The notes under the pieces are model-generated. The model had not been told where the DNA came from and did no database searches. It saw only the letters and a list, made by a program, of their open reading frames with translations. Shown here in pieces: positions 1-14,539 of a stretch of 64,000 nt of DNA. The first letter of the stretch is position 1. Each line of letters starts with the position of its first letter. The position numbers and the translations under genes are program-made. The stretch lies in the NCBI RefSeq assembly GCF_965363235.1, contig NC_134842.1, positions 20,221,521 through 20,285,520 of the forward strand, in the 5' to 3' direction. Origin of the DNA: Mytilus galloprovincialis. Lineage: Eukaryota.

Positions 1-552
1 TTTTGGTCTCGAGCTTCACGGAGAAGACATTAATTGTCAAAATGCGCATATTAAAGGTATATTAATCGGATAAAATTGTTATGTTAGCTCTTACTTGCTT
101 GCATTATTATTCACAGTCATTGTACAGCTACACGAATTAGATTCAGACATTTTAACTTGGATTTTATTATAACTACTTTTACCTTATCCAATTATCACGT
201 CACACCGAAAAAAGCCTTATAAATCTAATTTTCCCAATAAAAGAATAATTTTGGCAGACAGCAGATTTTAATCGCTAATATGGAGATACAAATAATCTTG
301 TAATGTTATTGATTAGATTTCCTATTTAATCGAATTATTCTAACTAAAAAAGAATGTTGTACTACCTCACAGATTTTTCTTGTACTTTAAGAAAATGTAT
401 CTCTGTGCTTTCCTCTTCAAAAAAAATAGTCTCTAATATTTAATTAACTGTGCATTTGTATTCAGATATCGCAGATCAAATTTATTCGTTCATTGTTTAA
501 TCATACGTTTTTTGATTGAGTTAAGTCTGCCAATTGATATTTTATCGTATGT

Positions 553-922
553 TTTTCTTTGTTGTGATGTTATGCTATTGTTTCAGAAAAAGGAAGAAGG
601 TTTGGATCCATTAAAACGTTTAATCCCGCTGCAAATGTTTGCACCTGTCCTAAGTCAGGAATCTGATGTACAGTAGTTGTCGTTTGTTTATGTAATATAT
701 ACGTGTTTCTCGTTTCTCGTTTTGTTTATATAGATTAGACCGTTGGTTTTCCCGTTTGAATGGTTTTACACTAGTAATTTTGGGGCCTTTTATAGCTTGT
801 TGTTCGGTGTGAGCCAAGGCCCCGTGTTGAAGGCCGTACTTTAACCTATAATGGTTTACTTTTTAAATTGTTATTTGTATGGAGAGTTGTCTCATTGGCA
901 CTCACACCAAATCTTCCTATAT
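553..922 (+). repeat. Interspersed repeat family A, long subfamily (about 370 bp)
   Basis: Shares the ggccttttatagct...gttgaaggccgtac...gttgtctcattggcactcacacca core with family A and carries a distinct 5' part (tgtcctaagtcaggaatctgatgtacagtag). About 88% identical to 51184-51553. Confidence 0.8.
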
Positions 923-2761
923 CTACTTAAACATTGGATCCGTACTGGTGAAAAGCTGTAATTTAGTTTTGACATTTTCATTACTAAAATAACAGAACAA
1001 AGATTGTTAGGTTGAAACCTATGAGGACGAACTATTAATTAAGTATGATCATACAATTCACCAAGTAAACGCATAGTGACAATTTTGGAAATTTTATAAT
1101 TGACGAATGATAGCGAACAGTAATAGACAATTCTAGGAACTTCAATCACTTAGTTAATATTGAAACTGAATAATCCTTGAACAGCAAAATTAAAATTCAA
1201 ATAGTTTATATCTTTGAGTGCCATCATTAAGACAATGATACCCTTTAAAACAAGGAGAAAAACGTTGAAACGTTCTGTTGACCGCATCCTATTGAAGTTA
1301 TGTATTTATTTCCAGAGGGCTATTAACATGGGTGTGAGTCACACTGCAAGTGTCGTAATTGAAGACAAATTTATAAATCAAACTTGTTAATTGCTTCGGA
1401 TATTCCATCAAAAATCCGACACCGAAACGAGAATTTTAATTCTCTTGATACCGTTTTGTCTTAACGGACAGTTAAAATAATATAACTCTTCGAGTCATAA
1501 CGATGATTACAACCTCATCCGGGAACACATTTATTCTTGACTCATTTGGTCAATGTAGTTTTATAAATAGCCATTACTGCATTACTTCCACTGTTTTAGA
1601 TCTTCTGTTAGCGTAAATTGTTATACACATAAATGCAATTTGTAATTTTTTTACATATATTATAATTACGGATTCCGAAGAAGTTGATAATGTATTACTT
1701 AAACATTTTGGGAATACATATTATTCACTCATACTTTTATTATTCAGACCTCTACTTTTAAATTTGTATAAAAAAACAAGAAATATTTTGTCTTTTTTAT
1801 CAATATCATTTTTAAATTTGTGCTCTGTAGTAAGTTTATTTTACAGACACGTTAGAATGAGAAATCTTGGAATATGTATAAAAAGAATGTATAAAAAAAA
1901 CCAGATAAATGACGAAAATAAAAAAGACGCCTAGTTAAGTTAAATTTTCAATTAAATATTCAACATCGATTTTGGTTTTTCTTTTGTCTTTTATTGCATG
2001 AATCAAGATAAAAGAAACCTTATTGTGAAGAAATTGTCTATATATCTACCAGCTAATGTCTAGGTCATTATATTTTTCTGTTGTTCCGAAATGGTGTTTA
2101 ACAGATTCAGTAGGTAAACAATGGTATATTTGTTATAAAGTATTTAGTTGAACCATCATAGTACGAACGAAAAGATTAAAGGAAAGGATGAGCGATTATT
2201 GGTAGAAATATAAGAAAAATATTTTAAAAAAATCATGAAGATAGCTTATACTTCACAAGGCGTATGTCTATCATTTCAGACGAAAGAAATTGATTATGGA
2301 ATTAGCGGCAATACATAAAATTCTGTAAAATACTTATAAATTGAAATTCTCAACAACAAATACTATGGTGTGCGGAGAACTATGTCATCAACATAGATAA
2401 AAAGCTTTTGAAAATGCTTGAAATCAGTTATCAACCTAAAATGGAAAGATCGATTTTAACATTATGTAAAATGTCAAAGCGTCTAATTTGTGTGATTGAT
2501 TATCTTTTGACAGTATTTTTGTAGTTTTTGTGATGAAATTTATGCAAATACATCACAAATGATAAATGATTATTTTTTTCTAAGCAATCTACAAATCGTC
2601 ATCCTAAACTTAATGTCACAAATTAAAAGAGAGAAATAAGAAGATTTTTTTTAATATTCAGTTATATCAATGGTATTTGCCATTCCCGCTGACTTTCAAA
2701 ATATTGTAAACCATGCAATATAAAATTTTAATCTTTGCTAAAGAAAGAAAGAAAGAAATGC

Positions 2762-2885
2762 AATGTAGTATACCGGTTTTCAAAAGTCATAAATTGATTG
2801 AGATAAAACTAATCCGGGTTACAAATTTAAACTGAGGGAAGCACGTCAACTATAAGAGGAATGCAAAGGAACAACAGTAACATAA
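2762..2885 (+). repeat. Interspersed repeat family B partial copy
   Basis: aatgtagtataccggttttcaaaagtcataaattgattgagataaaactaatccgggttacaaatttaaactgagggaagcacgtcaactataagaggaatgcaaaggaacaacag. Confidence 0.7.
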
Positions 2886-4229
2886 TTTTACATATTTGAG
2901 CTGTATAATGAATCTCGAATTTATTTCATAAATATATAAAAGATTGGTCACCAAACATATAAAGTTGTATTTGTTAGTTGAAAAATAGGTTTTAAAAGGC
3001 GTCATCACAGATATCAGGGACTCTTTTCACAAAATTGCTTCAGATTGTAAATTCACGTAAGTCAGAAACATTTCGGAAAAGTTATGAATTTTTATCGTAG
3101 GTTATTTTGTTATAATCAAAGGCTTATAACTTGTTACGTACGTCAGACGTTTCGTCTATATACAAACCAGTAGCGACACCCGAATCAAAACAGCTTTCGG
3201 AGGTCAAATCTGATATGAAGATGATGAATATTGAAAACCAAATACCGTGAAATTGTGTAAAATACATCAGAGGCAATGCATGCTTTAGATATTAAATTCT
3301 CAATGTTTCGAAAAATCACCGTTTCATTGATATATCATATAAACATAGTAGTGGCTGGTGATAATATTTTGGGCGAAACTCTCTCCCGCAGTTACATCTA
3401 CTCAGTAGATGAAATACTGATCAAATATCCTATATTTTGTTAAGCAACGTGCTCATTAAAAAAAGAGAAAACAACACCTTAAATAATTCATGCATCCGAA
3501 GCGCTTTTCATGACATACTTTTATTCGGAACACACAAATCCGACATTTGAAAGCCGATGATGTTAAAAACCGAAACAGTTGAAGTGCTATTTAACCATTT
3601 TGGATTTTAAAGTACCAGACACAATATTTGTGTTTCATTAATTTTTTCAACTTTGCCAAATAAGGAGAGGTAACTCAGATAGTAGGTGAGATAAATTTCA
3701 TAATAGAAAGGGTTCGGAATTTACCTATTTTAGTATGTAGCAAGAAAACAAGTCTGATGATCTTCTTATTTGAAAATATATTATAAGAGCTATCTTCTCT
3801 CATTTATCTTCAAATTATATAAGGTAGTTTTCTTTTTTTCACACAAAATCCGATAAGTTTGATGAAAACTTCATTTTGACAAATTTAAAAACAAATCTAT
3901 GGAATTTAATTAAGACAGCCCATTCATCCTAAATATGATAGATGACTTTGATAGTTTTAGTACAATCAAGGCAATCTTTTGGTATCTCGTTTTTTATTTG
4001 TTCTAACATTGGATTCCATGTCGAGGTGCAGTTAAACAAAATCTAAGTAATACCTTTCTTTAAAGATCTTCGATGTTCTTCTATTCTAACTTGAAATGGA
4101 TTTAAAAGTGTATTGTGTTCTCTCATACCATACAACAAGCCATTAGGTAGAGTGTTAAGTACTCATAAAAAGTAGGAATCCCGACCATGACCAGTATCGG
4201 TGTCTTTCTATAGTTATGTATATAAAAGA

Positions 4230-4385
4230 ATTAGTGTAAGACAATAACAATCAAAACCAAGGAGTAAACAAAGACACAAAAGACCAAATGACATCTACAC
4301 CAACAGTTATAAATAATAAATAAGAAACAACACGAACTCCACTAAAACCCGGGAGTGAAATCAGGTGCCCCGGAAGGGTAACGTC
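4230..4385 (-). repeat. Family T copy, diverged
   Basis: ...taagaaacaacacgaactccactaaaacccgggagtgaaatcaggtgccccggaagggtaacg matches the aacacgaaccccatcaaaaactaggggtgatctcaggtgctccggaag block. Confidence 0.6.
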
Positions 4386-7300
4386 CTAAATATTTTATAA
4401 CGTCTAAAAGTTGAACACATTCGTAGCTTCTTGTGACTGACTGAGGATAAGTTTAAATAGGTTGATCTTAAAATCTCTATATGTTGGTTATTGGTGGTTG
4501 ATAGGGTACTGTGTCATTATCATCATTTCAAAGTACACATTTTTCAAATCTTTATATCTTAATTCAAAAATTTATACTAGGAAATATTATGTTTGATATA
4601 AATGTACTTGTTTTGAAGACACCCTTTGAAACTGTTAAAACAAATAGATTTTCCGACATAACTGATTCCAATCAGTTTTAGACCAAATGCATATGATATT
4701 TGTGTAATGAAAAATTTATGTACATTTGTAATTAAAAAAAATTCTGTAAGGTTAAGGCAACTGTAGTTTACCGATGTCATTATTTGGAATAGAAACCATC
4801 ATTTTTGGAAAATCACACACCACACAACATCCTTATCTGGTATCTAAAGATCTACGAGAAAGAAAACATGCCTCTAGTGAGTTCGGACACAGAACCATTG
4901 TCGTGATAATGACCGTAAAACTTATGAAGTGTTGATTGAAATCGTTTCCCTAGATATATCTGTTTGAACAGTTTTTGTACTTTTTAGTGTTAAAACATAT
5001 GAAAGTTTTTAACTCCCTCAGGCAAAGTTGTGCCTACTTGTAATCTTCAACATATTGAAGTTAAGAAGTATTTTGTAGATGTAGATGTAGATGGATTTGG
5101 TATGCTTTTTTGTATTTCAGTTCTTATACATCCCTGGCTTTCAAATATTCGTCTTGGATCGTTCCTTGTGAAGGTATATCTAGAAAAGCGCTTCGGATTC
5201 TTGGAATTTATAATGTGTAGTTTTTTTTTTAAATGCCATTCATTGACCTTTATTTGGTAGCTAGGAAACGATATTTATTAATACTCATTTGTCGGTCTTT
5301 ATTCCTCATACTACTTTTGTACAACAAAAACATGCCATTTTTTCATAAAGCTATGAAGAATTGTATATATTTATAACTGTATCTAAGACTATAAATTTTA
5401 TAAAGATAGAAAAAAATTTGCATTTGAGAATCGGAATATAGCATTAATGTAAAAAAAAGTTAGTCAACGTTGTATTTTTAAAATGAATAGTGACATGGAT
5501 AATTCGTTAAATGAATTAAAGCGTACACGAATTTCGAGAAACCGACAGACAGCATTCTAAACTGTCAGTCACCGTGCGTTGTCTCGCATCAATTTGATTA
5601 AAAAACTTTCCAAGTTGATGGCATCAGATTTGCGAAACATTATGTAAAGTGTCAATCAGTCTGATTTATTATAACTACTCTGTTTAAACATTGGAAAAAC
5701 AAATATTCCCTAAGTGGATTATGCAAATGAGTTTTCATGTTTAGTGAAACTTGATGTATTTCTTTAGATTAGTTTAAACAAATATCTTGATGTCAAGTTA
5801 TTCAATCATGTCCGTTCATGCAAGTAATATAAAATTGAATACATTGATAACCTTAGCAGTATTTGGCAAAACATTTAGGAATTTTTGGTCCTTAATGCTC
5901 TTCAATTTCGAACTTTATAGGCGTTTTTCAATCTTTTTTTATCCGAACGTCACTGATGAGTCTTTTGGCCTTACGTCTGGCGCAAATACTAAATTTCAAT
6001 CCTCGTATCAATGATGAAATTCTTGGGTTTTTTTTCCTATTTTACTTAATTTTATATTTGTGGATCCAACACAATTGTAGCATTTTTTTTGCAGTAAAAA
6101 CGTAAATTTTCAAAAATACCAAACTTCCAGGAAATTTCAAAAACATACCCAATCAAATGGCAAAATTAAAAGCTCAAAACACATCAAACAAATGAAGTTA
6201 TTTCTGTGTAGGAAATGGTGAATGAAACCTGGTTTTATAACTAGCGAAACGTCTCATTTACATTACAGTCGCACCAAAAAATCCTTAATATTGTTTACAT
6301 TGTGTGAACAAAGCAAACAGACATAATAGGTTAAATTGTCAACGATAGGTAGATATATTGTGTATTGCTACAAAAAATGTGTTTACTCTAGGATAACATG
6401 CAATGTATCACACAAAAGGATATATAAGTAGCATAAAAACAATAATAAAGTTAAGAATAAAAATGGGGAATTTGATAAAGGGACAACAATTCGATAAAAT
6501 TGACGAACACAGCTGAAGGTCACAAAAAGTTCTACAACACAGCGATATATTTTCGCTTCTGGAGGCGGGCTTCAGCTGACCCATACCTAAAAATGTGTAC
6601 ACGTTCAGTGAAAATTTCAAAAAACATATAAAAGAACTAAAATAAAAAATCATAAAAGACTAAAAAAGGACGGAGGCTCCTAACTTGGGATAGGCACAAA
6701 CATGCGGCGGGGTTAAACATGTTTTGTGATGTCTCAATCCTGCACCTATATCGCTATCCAGTTAAGACAAAAACAAAAACAAAGCAAGACGCACAGTAAA
6801 ACTTAATTCTATAGAAGTCAGAGTTCAATGTTAGAATCGGTAATCAAAACAAACTTAGAAAAATGAAAAATGATACATAAATTAACAAAGGTCTACTAAT
6901 AGATATGACATGCAAGCTTCAGACCTCAATTAAACTAATTCTATATCTAAGTCAAACACAATCCTTCCTGTTATGAGTTTAGTATATTGCCCTCATTAAA
7001 GAAATGAGAAGAACTGAACCTGTATCATGCATACAACTGGTTTAAGAACAAATTTGTTTAAGCACTCGCGACAAAAGGCTAAAATGTTGTGGACTGAAAG
7101 CATATCTAAATGTTTATAGTTAATAAAACATATGTAAATACTCATGTTCTTGTCTAAATGGTAACTCAAGCGCCTTTTATAAAATGAAATTCATATGAAT
7201 TTCATACGCAATGGTATTAATAACTTCTAATCTCGAAGTATAGATCCATCAATATGTGTACCGAGCTTGTAACTAAACAATGAACACAAATTAAGACAAC

Positions 7301-7930
7301 AATTGAAGTGTTTCCTACTTTGAGATATTTGACGATGGATACGCCATTATAACGCACGACTGGCACAAATGTAGAATCCTAATTCTGGTATCTTATCTAT
7401 GATGAGTATATATACATATAACTTGTGACAATCTTTAATGACGAAATTAATCAGATGCGATTATAGTATCACAGTAAAGTTATCCTCTGCAAATTTGGAT
7501 TTATCGAACATTTAATTATGTTCTTGATTTGTTAACTCGCGAACCCTTCCTCTATATCTGTTTATGTTCATTATATCAAACCAAATAAATTAAACTCTGC
7601 TGATGATTGATATATATTTGAACGCTGCTTTTGCTAAAATACAAACGTACACAAATGACAGATTATTTCGTAAACAATTGTGACAGTCGTAGATAAATGG
7701 CACTAGAAGGTGCCCGTGAAATCCAGAAACAATTGAACAAGTGTTGAAACAAATAGTTTTAAAACTGTGTGGTCAGTACGTCGACTGCATATGCGCGAAA
7801 GCGTTAAAGACTCGGATCGATAACGGTCTCCGAATTTGGTTATTTTCTCAAAAAGTGCCGTTTTCTGTGGAACAAAATATTTTATAATAATTTAGGAAGT
7901 ACAAAACACTGCATTTATACGTCATATCTT

Positions 7931-7961
<31 letters not shown>

Positions 7962-10427
7962 TGGTGCGGCTCAACGAAATCGGTCTCTTTCTTAATTCGT
8001 ATAGATTATAATTTAAAAGGAAATCCATTCTCGTTTATCACTTGGTAAATCTGTGTTTCATTTAATTTTTACCTCGTGTGTATGAACTTCATATCTCGTT
8101 TTCTATTTCTGTGTATGCATATTTTCTAAAATGAACGAGTTGATTATTTTTGTTCTTTGATAGAAAATTGACGCCTTCGTAAGACCTTAATTGAACGGAT
8201 TTGAAATAATTAGTAATATTAGAGTTAAAAGATTATTTTTCGAATGCCAACTAGAAAATGTTTCCAATAAATGAAAGACTTTTACACTTTTAAATTGGCT
8301 TTAATCTTACAAATCAAAAGAAATTTAGAATGGATCGTGCAAATGGTAATAAATGCATCAAGTTGGATAGATAAAAGAAGCTAAGTACTTAATGATTTAA
8401 AATCAAACACATTGTATGAGACTAGTAGATCTTTTGAATAAAAAGAACGAAATGACTTATAGAGCAGATTAGACAAATATTGTGTTTGTTTATTCAACTC
8501 TAAATAAGAATTTTCCTAGAGTACATGTTTAAAAAGACAAATCCAATGACAATCTTACAAGGAATGACTGCAATACATTTTCTATCTACTTGAAATAATC
8601 TACAAAATGTGATGTACACCTTTAAATAACCACCTACGAGGATTATTGAGCGTGCAACACCGTGTTAATGTTATTTTTCGTAGACAAAAAAAATATCAAA
8701 GTGGTTCCTGAATAAACAGACACTATTGGTTCTTTTGAATTGATAACATAATAATCTATAATTATGATTTTACTTTTTATGGATCGATCCCCTACAGACT
8801 CACGTGCAAATAATAAAAACAATGTCAAATGTTAAATGGATATTTGAGAAAATAAAGATAACTGTCAGAAAGGCTGACTATCATAAAAGATTGTTTCACC
8901 TTTTTCTAACAACATAAACAAAGACTTTCTTAACTTTTTTTTAAATAAGATGTTGATACTTCTTGACAGAAAACACCAACAAATATGTCGTCGCGAACTT
9001 TCCAAATCTTTATGCATCCAGGAATATAAATAAAAAAATAGATTGAGTATAAGAACAATGCAAACGTGAAAATAAAGTTTTTCAATTTTCATAATTTCAG
9101 AAAGAAAATTTGGCATGCATATAGTTCATCGGAAATCTACAATGTTATACTTCATTACTTTTATTTAACTTTATCTGGATAATAGGGAAAAACCTGAAGG
9201 GATAGAACAAGGAATCATTGTTGCTTCAGAACACTGGTGTCGACGAACTATTACAATGTTATGAAAAGTCTGGAAATTTGGTAAACTTTACAGACGAAAT
9301 TTGGTATATAGTATCAAAAATATATCTACAATTTTACACTCATTACATCCAATTAATTTTATCTTGATAATTAAAAATACCCGAACGGGCATAACACGGA
9401 ATCATTGGTTTTTCATAAATTGTAACACCTGTGTCGATGAACGTTTGCAATGTAACAATCAATTTACGTGAACTGCCTTAGGTCCGTATATAGGATAGAT
9501 AGTAGATAACAAGAAATACATCATCAAACTAAAGGAATAAATGTTAAAAGTTGATCTTAGAGAATAATAACATTCACAGCAAATAACATTATATTATCAA
9601 ATATTTTTTATGTGTTTTGCTCTATAATTATTATGCATTATATTTTTCTTCTAACGATCGACGATTTTTTTTTTATTAAAACGTGGCATGAAAAAAGTAT
9701 TTGAAACATAACCATTTGTTCTCCCATGCATTCCGCAGAACAAGTGACAAGTGACAGAGCGATTTTCTCTCTCAAAACAATGTGAAAAAAGAAAAGGAAC
9801 ACAATTCTTTAATTTAAAATATGAGTCATACCGATTACAAACAAAAAATCCTTCTTTCTGCGTCTTCCCATTATTCATCATATTGTTCTATTCAGCAGGA
9901 ACTGAAATCATTACAAAACGAAAAACTAATTTTGTTTTAATTTTGTGTTTAGACGAAATGATAGCCAGGGAATTGAAGCAAGTCTTTTGTATTTAGTTTT
10001 CATTAAATAAACCACAAAACATAGGATCCTAGAATTGCTCTCAGCTGTTGATCATAGACGACAAATTCTCCTGAGTCATTTTAGTGACACACTTAATTAT
10101 TCATTTAGGTTCTGATTTTCGTTGATATTGTAAGAGAGAACATAAGGTTGTCCATATTTAGATGTCGCTTTACTGTATCGTTAATATACAAAGGGCACAA
10201 CGCCACTGAGTTTTTAAATGTATTAAGGTTAAAACAAATATGTCTTTATGTTCTGTTGAATATTATTTTATTTTCGAAATTGTGATCTTAAAGAAAGTAT
10301 TTCTATTTTAGAACCTTTTATTTGAAATGAAATGATTGGATAGGTTAACAATTGAATTGATAAACTGCCAATATAGTACTGTCTAGAGAAAAAAAATATT
10401 ACTATAAAAAGAAATAAAAACCTCCAT

Positions 10428-10448
10428 AAAAAAAAAAAAAAAAAAAAA
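10428..10448 (+). repeat. poly-A tract of about 21 nt
   Basis: Homopolymer run. It directly precedes a short repeat shared with 3538-3595. Confidence 0.9.
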
Positions 10449-13239
10449 CACACAAAAAATACCCGTTATAGATTAAATGTGTACGACGACTATCTGTTTT
10501 GCATTTAACTCACCAAAAACGCTCACAGCCGAATATCTAAAAGCCGAAGATGTATAAAAATCGAAACTGTTGATGAGCTATATGAACAACAACAGACCTA
10601 AATAATAATCAAATCAATCTTAGTTTAACTTTTGGGTTGAAACCCAAGTTTCTTATAATTTCGAAACTTATTAAGTAACTGTATTAGAATACTTTGTTAT
10701 AAATCATGTCAGTACAAATATACTGACTTCTAAGCTGGTACAATGAAACAGAACCCTAAAATCCAAGAAACCCAAATAATAAAGAAAGGTCACTTACAAG
10801 ATCATATACTTTAACATATTTCAAATTTTTAGTGGCACCAAGCACTGTCTATGCAAAGAAAGTATTAATTTAGCACAGTTGGCCTTGATTTAACAATGAA
10901 CTCAGGATTCTCACAGGTCAAATCCCTTGTTTGTTAAATTTACTGATTCATAAAGGTCATTTATTGCTGCATAAGATTTAGGTTAACATAGAAGTAATCA
11001 TTAAAACAGTTACATATGTCACTAAGAGAGGGGCGAAAGATACAAGAGGCACATTTAAAAATCACTTCAATTAAAACAAAAATAAATGAAGTGAAGCATT
11101 TACTAAATTAAACAAAATCTGGCGAAAGTAGACATGAAATTTTCTGTTCTGTACTTTGTGTGAATATATTTGTAAAGTTTTTATCTACAAGGCTAAGTTT
11201 ACATTAAAATTGATCTTTTTGGTCTTACATCAATACACCAACATCATAAAAAAACCTTACATACGAGTACCTATCAATAAAACGGGAAAGAAGTTTCATT
11301 TATGTCAGAATGCATTTTAAACTGTAATCATGGAAGTTTGTGTAACGCTCAAAATAAACACTGAGAAAAATAAAGGTTAAGAACAAATGTTGCTTTAGTA
11401 TTTTCGCATTTTCTAAATGATTCTAGACTTGTAATTTACAATTATTTGTATCTTTACTTTCAATGAAATATTTTTATGAATTTGGTATGCTAGATAATTT
11501 GTAGATTTAAAACTGCATATGTTTTAAAATTGTTCTTTCCACAAAATAAGCTTGTGTAAGTTAACTACAAATTGTAAGTCATCAGAAAAGGAAGAATACT
11601 CAAAATGTTGCTTTGAAAAAAAACAAGGCACACTGTGAACAAATACTAATGAAATCTCTTTCTGGGTAATGACCTTTCTTCCATTAATTCTTTAACATTG
11701 TTAAAACCATGTCCGATCAATCAATCTATAGAAAAGGCTTGACTGGTGAAGACTTATATATTCAACAAAAATATTAGTGAAATACAAAAAGAGAATAGAT
11801 TTAATTACCATTCTCATCCATTCAATATGATTTATCACTCGAAATCAAACATAAATATTGTAAATGTCCATGCAAGTGTACGGAGACAGTCATTAATGGA
11901 ATATTAAAGTAATGAAGCGAATTAAAATAGACAGTTCATAATATTTAGTCGCAGTATATTGAAAATAAAATCAAAGCAAAACAAAATTGTTGAACAACGT
12001 TGCTTCATAATCATAAACGAGGAAAAATAATATCGGTTGAAATAGAATCTTTCCAATATCTGTGTTTGCAACAGTATTGATTGGCAGTAATTAATTATAC
12101 GCTTTGTTTTACCATACGCTTGTTTTATTAAATGTTTATATTTTTTCAAAGTTTGCATCGACTTAAAAGTTTAAATGTCCTTTGTCATCTTTAACCTATC
12201 TTTTATTAGAAGGTGTTTGTTTAAGTGCTGTTTGATATGACATCTAGTAACAAATATTTCATATCATGCACTTTTGAAATAATTTTTTATACCTATGGTT
12301 GGATATGTGAATTCCTCTTCTTTAAGTAATAATTGATAGAGGTAATCAATGTATAAACCTCTATCAAATCATTCTCCCCCGAAAAATAATTAAAAAGTGC
12401 TAGACCAGTTAAAGTAAGTAAAATAAATCACTATTCTACACCTGGATTTTAACCATGTAATACAACAGTATATTTTTTATTTGCCCATTTGACCTTTTGT
12501 CTTTCATCTTCCGCCCAACATGTTAAGAACATTCACCCATATGGGTTACCATATCCCGTTTATTATTAAATACACAATTGGATGTACATTTGTTGTTTAA
12601 AAGGCAGCAACATTTGTTCCCATCATTTTTGAATATCTTTATGAGTTTGATTCTTGGAAGATTCTGTTTTCAAAGGAACTATAGAGAAACGTATTCCTTT
12701 TCTGGAAAAGTCAATAACGACCAAATGATATTTTCAATATCTTAATTACTACAATTTCTTTTTTGCACAGTAAGTTTATATCTTATATAGACTTTGAAAC
12801 CCCAAATGGGTTAATTATCACCCATATGCTTGTTTGGTCCCAACCTGTTCGAATCAATCACCAACCTTGATAAATACCTTGGTAGCTCAGGAAAATGGTG
12901 TGGACATATCACATGGGGATGTGTATTACGAGCTTTCTTTGTGTAGACAATGAAGGATCAATTTCAAATCTTTCTTTTTCTATACCATGTATTGACGTAT
13001 GTAATACATCAATGTTTAAAAGATGACTGAGAGAAATTGAAATACATGAATCAAAATACGATTTAACGACATTTCAATCCATCTTTGAAATTTCTGTAAA
13101 TATCTAATTTTGTGGTTTTGTGGAGACAATTACTAGTACTAGTACAAACACAACATACTTTGATATAGTTGAAATGTCATCCATTTTGCAGAATGTCTTA
13201 TTGATTCAACGTCAATGATTAAAAAGGGAAAAACATGAT

Positions 13240-13450
13240 CCAACAGTAGTATACTGGTGTACAAAAGTCATGAATTAATTTAGAGTAAACAGATCCAGGT
13301 CACAAACCAAAACCGAGAGAAACACATCAACTGTAAGAGGAAATCTAAGGACCAACAGGAACACCGACCGAAGTGCAACAAAAACACACAAGGAAACGAA
13401 GAAATAGTTATAAGTGTATAAAAAGGCAAAATTGATTATACCAATGACAA
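13240..13450 (+). repeat. Interspersed repeat family B copy
   Basis: caacagtagtatactggtgtacaaaagtcatgaattaatttagagtaaac...acatcaactgtaagaggaaatctaaggaccaacagg. Confidence 0.7.
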
Positions 13451-13971
13451 CCTCCTAAACTTGAATTCTTTCTATTTAAAAATAGCTTATCCGTCCCGAC
13501 AATATCATGATGTCAATATATTTATATCGACTAAAAGGTGTTGGCAGGAAAATAAACTTTACTTTGGACTCTAGGTGGGCGGCTCTCTAACCACAATGTA
13601 CAACATGTACAATGTTCAGCTCTGTATTTTCGTAGAGTTTGTTAATTTGAAATTTAAAAAAAAACAGGATAGTTTAGTCTTAGATGCATGATTTTTTTAT
13701 TAGTTGTTAGTGGCTTTGAACTAGCTGTCAGATAACTGCGAGTACTCTCAGATCTGTTCCTAGTGTCTTTTTGTTGTCGGGATGTACAAGTACCCGGCCA
13801 CGTCCACTTGCATTTTGTTCATCTGATGAGTTAAGCCTTTTTCAACTGATTTTTATAGTTCGTTCTTATGTTGTACTGTTATACCACTGTCCCTGATTAT
13901 GGGGAGGGTTGTGATCCCGCTAACATGTTTAACCCGCCACATTATTTATGTATGTGTCTGTTTCAAGTCAG

Positions 13972-14238
13972 CAGCCTGTAATTCAGTGGTTGTCGTTTGT
14001 ATATGTGTTACATATTTGTTTTTCGTTCATTTTTTTTTTATTTAAAAAAGGCCGTTAGTTTTCTCGTTTGAATTGTTTTACATTGTCATATCGGGGCCTT
14101 TTATAGCTGACTATGCGGTATGGGCTTTGCTCATTGTTGAAGGCCGTACGGTGACCTATAGTTGTTAATGTGTATTTCATTTTGGTCTCTTGTGGACAGT
14201 TGTCTCATTGGCAATCATACCACATCTTCTTTTTTATA
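13972..14238 (+). repeat. Interspersed repeat family A (SINE/MITE-like, about 265 bp)
   Basis: agcctgtaattcagtggttgtcgtttg ... ggccgttagttttctcgtttgaattgttttacattgtcatatcggggccttttatagctgactatgcggtatgggctttgctcattgttgaaggccgtacggtgacctatagttgttaat ... gttgtctcattggcaatcataccacatcttc. Near-identical copy at 24035-24298. Confidence 0.85.
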
Positions 14239-14465
14239 TAGTCTAACAGAAATATAAACAAACAACGAATTTACGATGACTAATAACGACAAATAAAGTC
14301 GTTTAGAATACATGTATATAAAATTTACTCAAAATATTCACAGATACTAAGTAATCCAAATCTGAAGACATAATTGTTTTATATTTGAAAAAAATAATGA
14401 TTATCCGAGGTTTTTGTCGAGCCTGCAACTTTTGTTGCAGAAAGCTCCACTTAGGGAAAGTGATC

Positions 14466-14486
14466 CGGCGGCGGCGGCGGCGGCGT
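14466..14486. repeat. (GGC)7 microsatellite
   Basis: ccggcggcggcggcggcggcg. This produces the spurious poly-Ala ORF 14414-14629. Confidence 0.95.
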
Positions 14487-14539
14487 CGTTAGCTAATTTC
14501 TTAAAAGCTTTATATTTTAGAAGGTGGAAGACCTGGATG

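Noticed and set aside
12835-12860. gttcgaatca motif resembling a tRNA T-loop
   Set aside because: No acceptor stem, D-arm or anticodon arm could be built around it.
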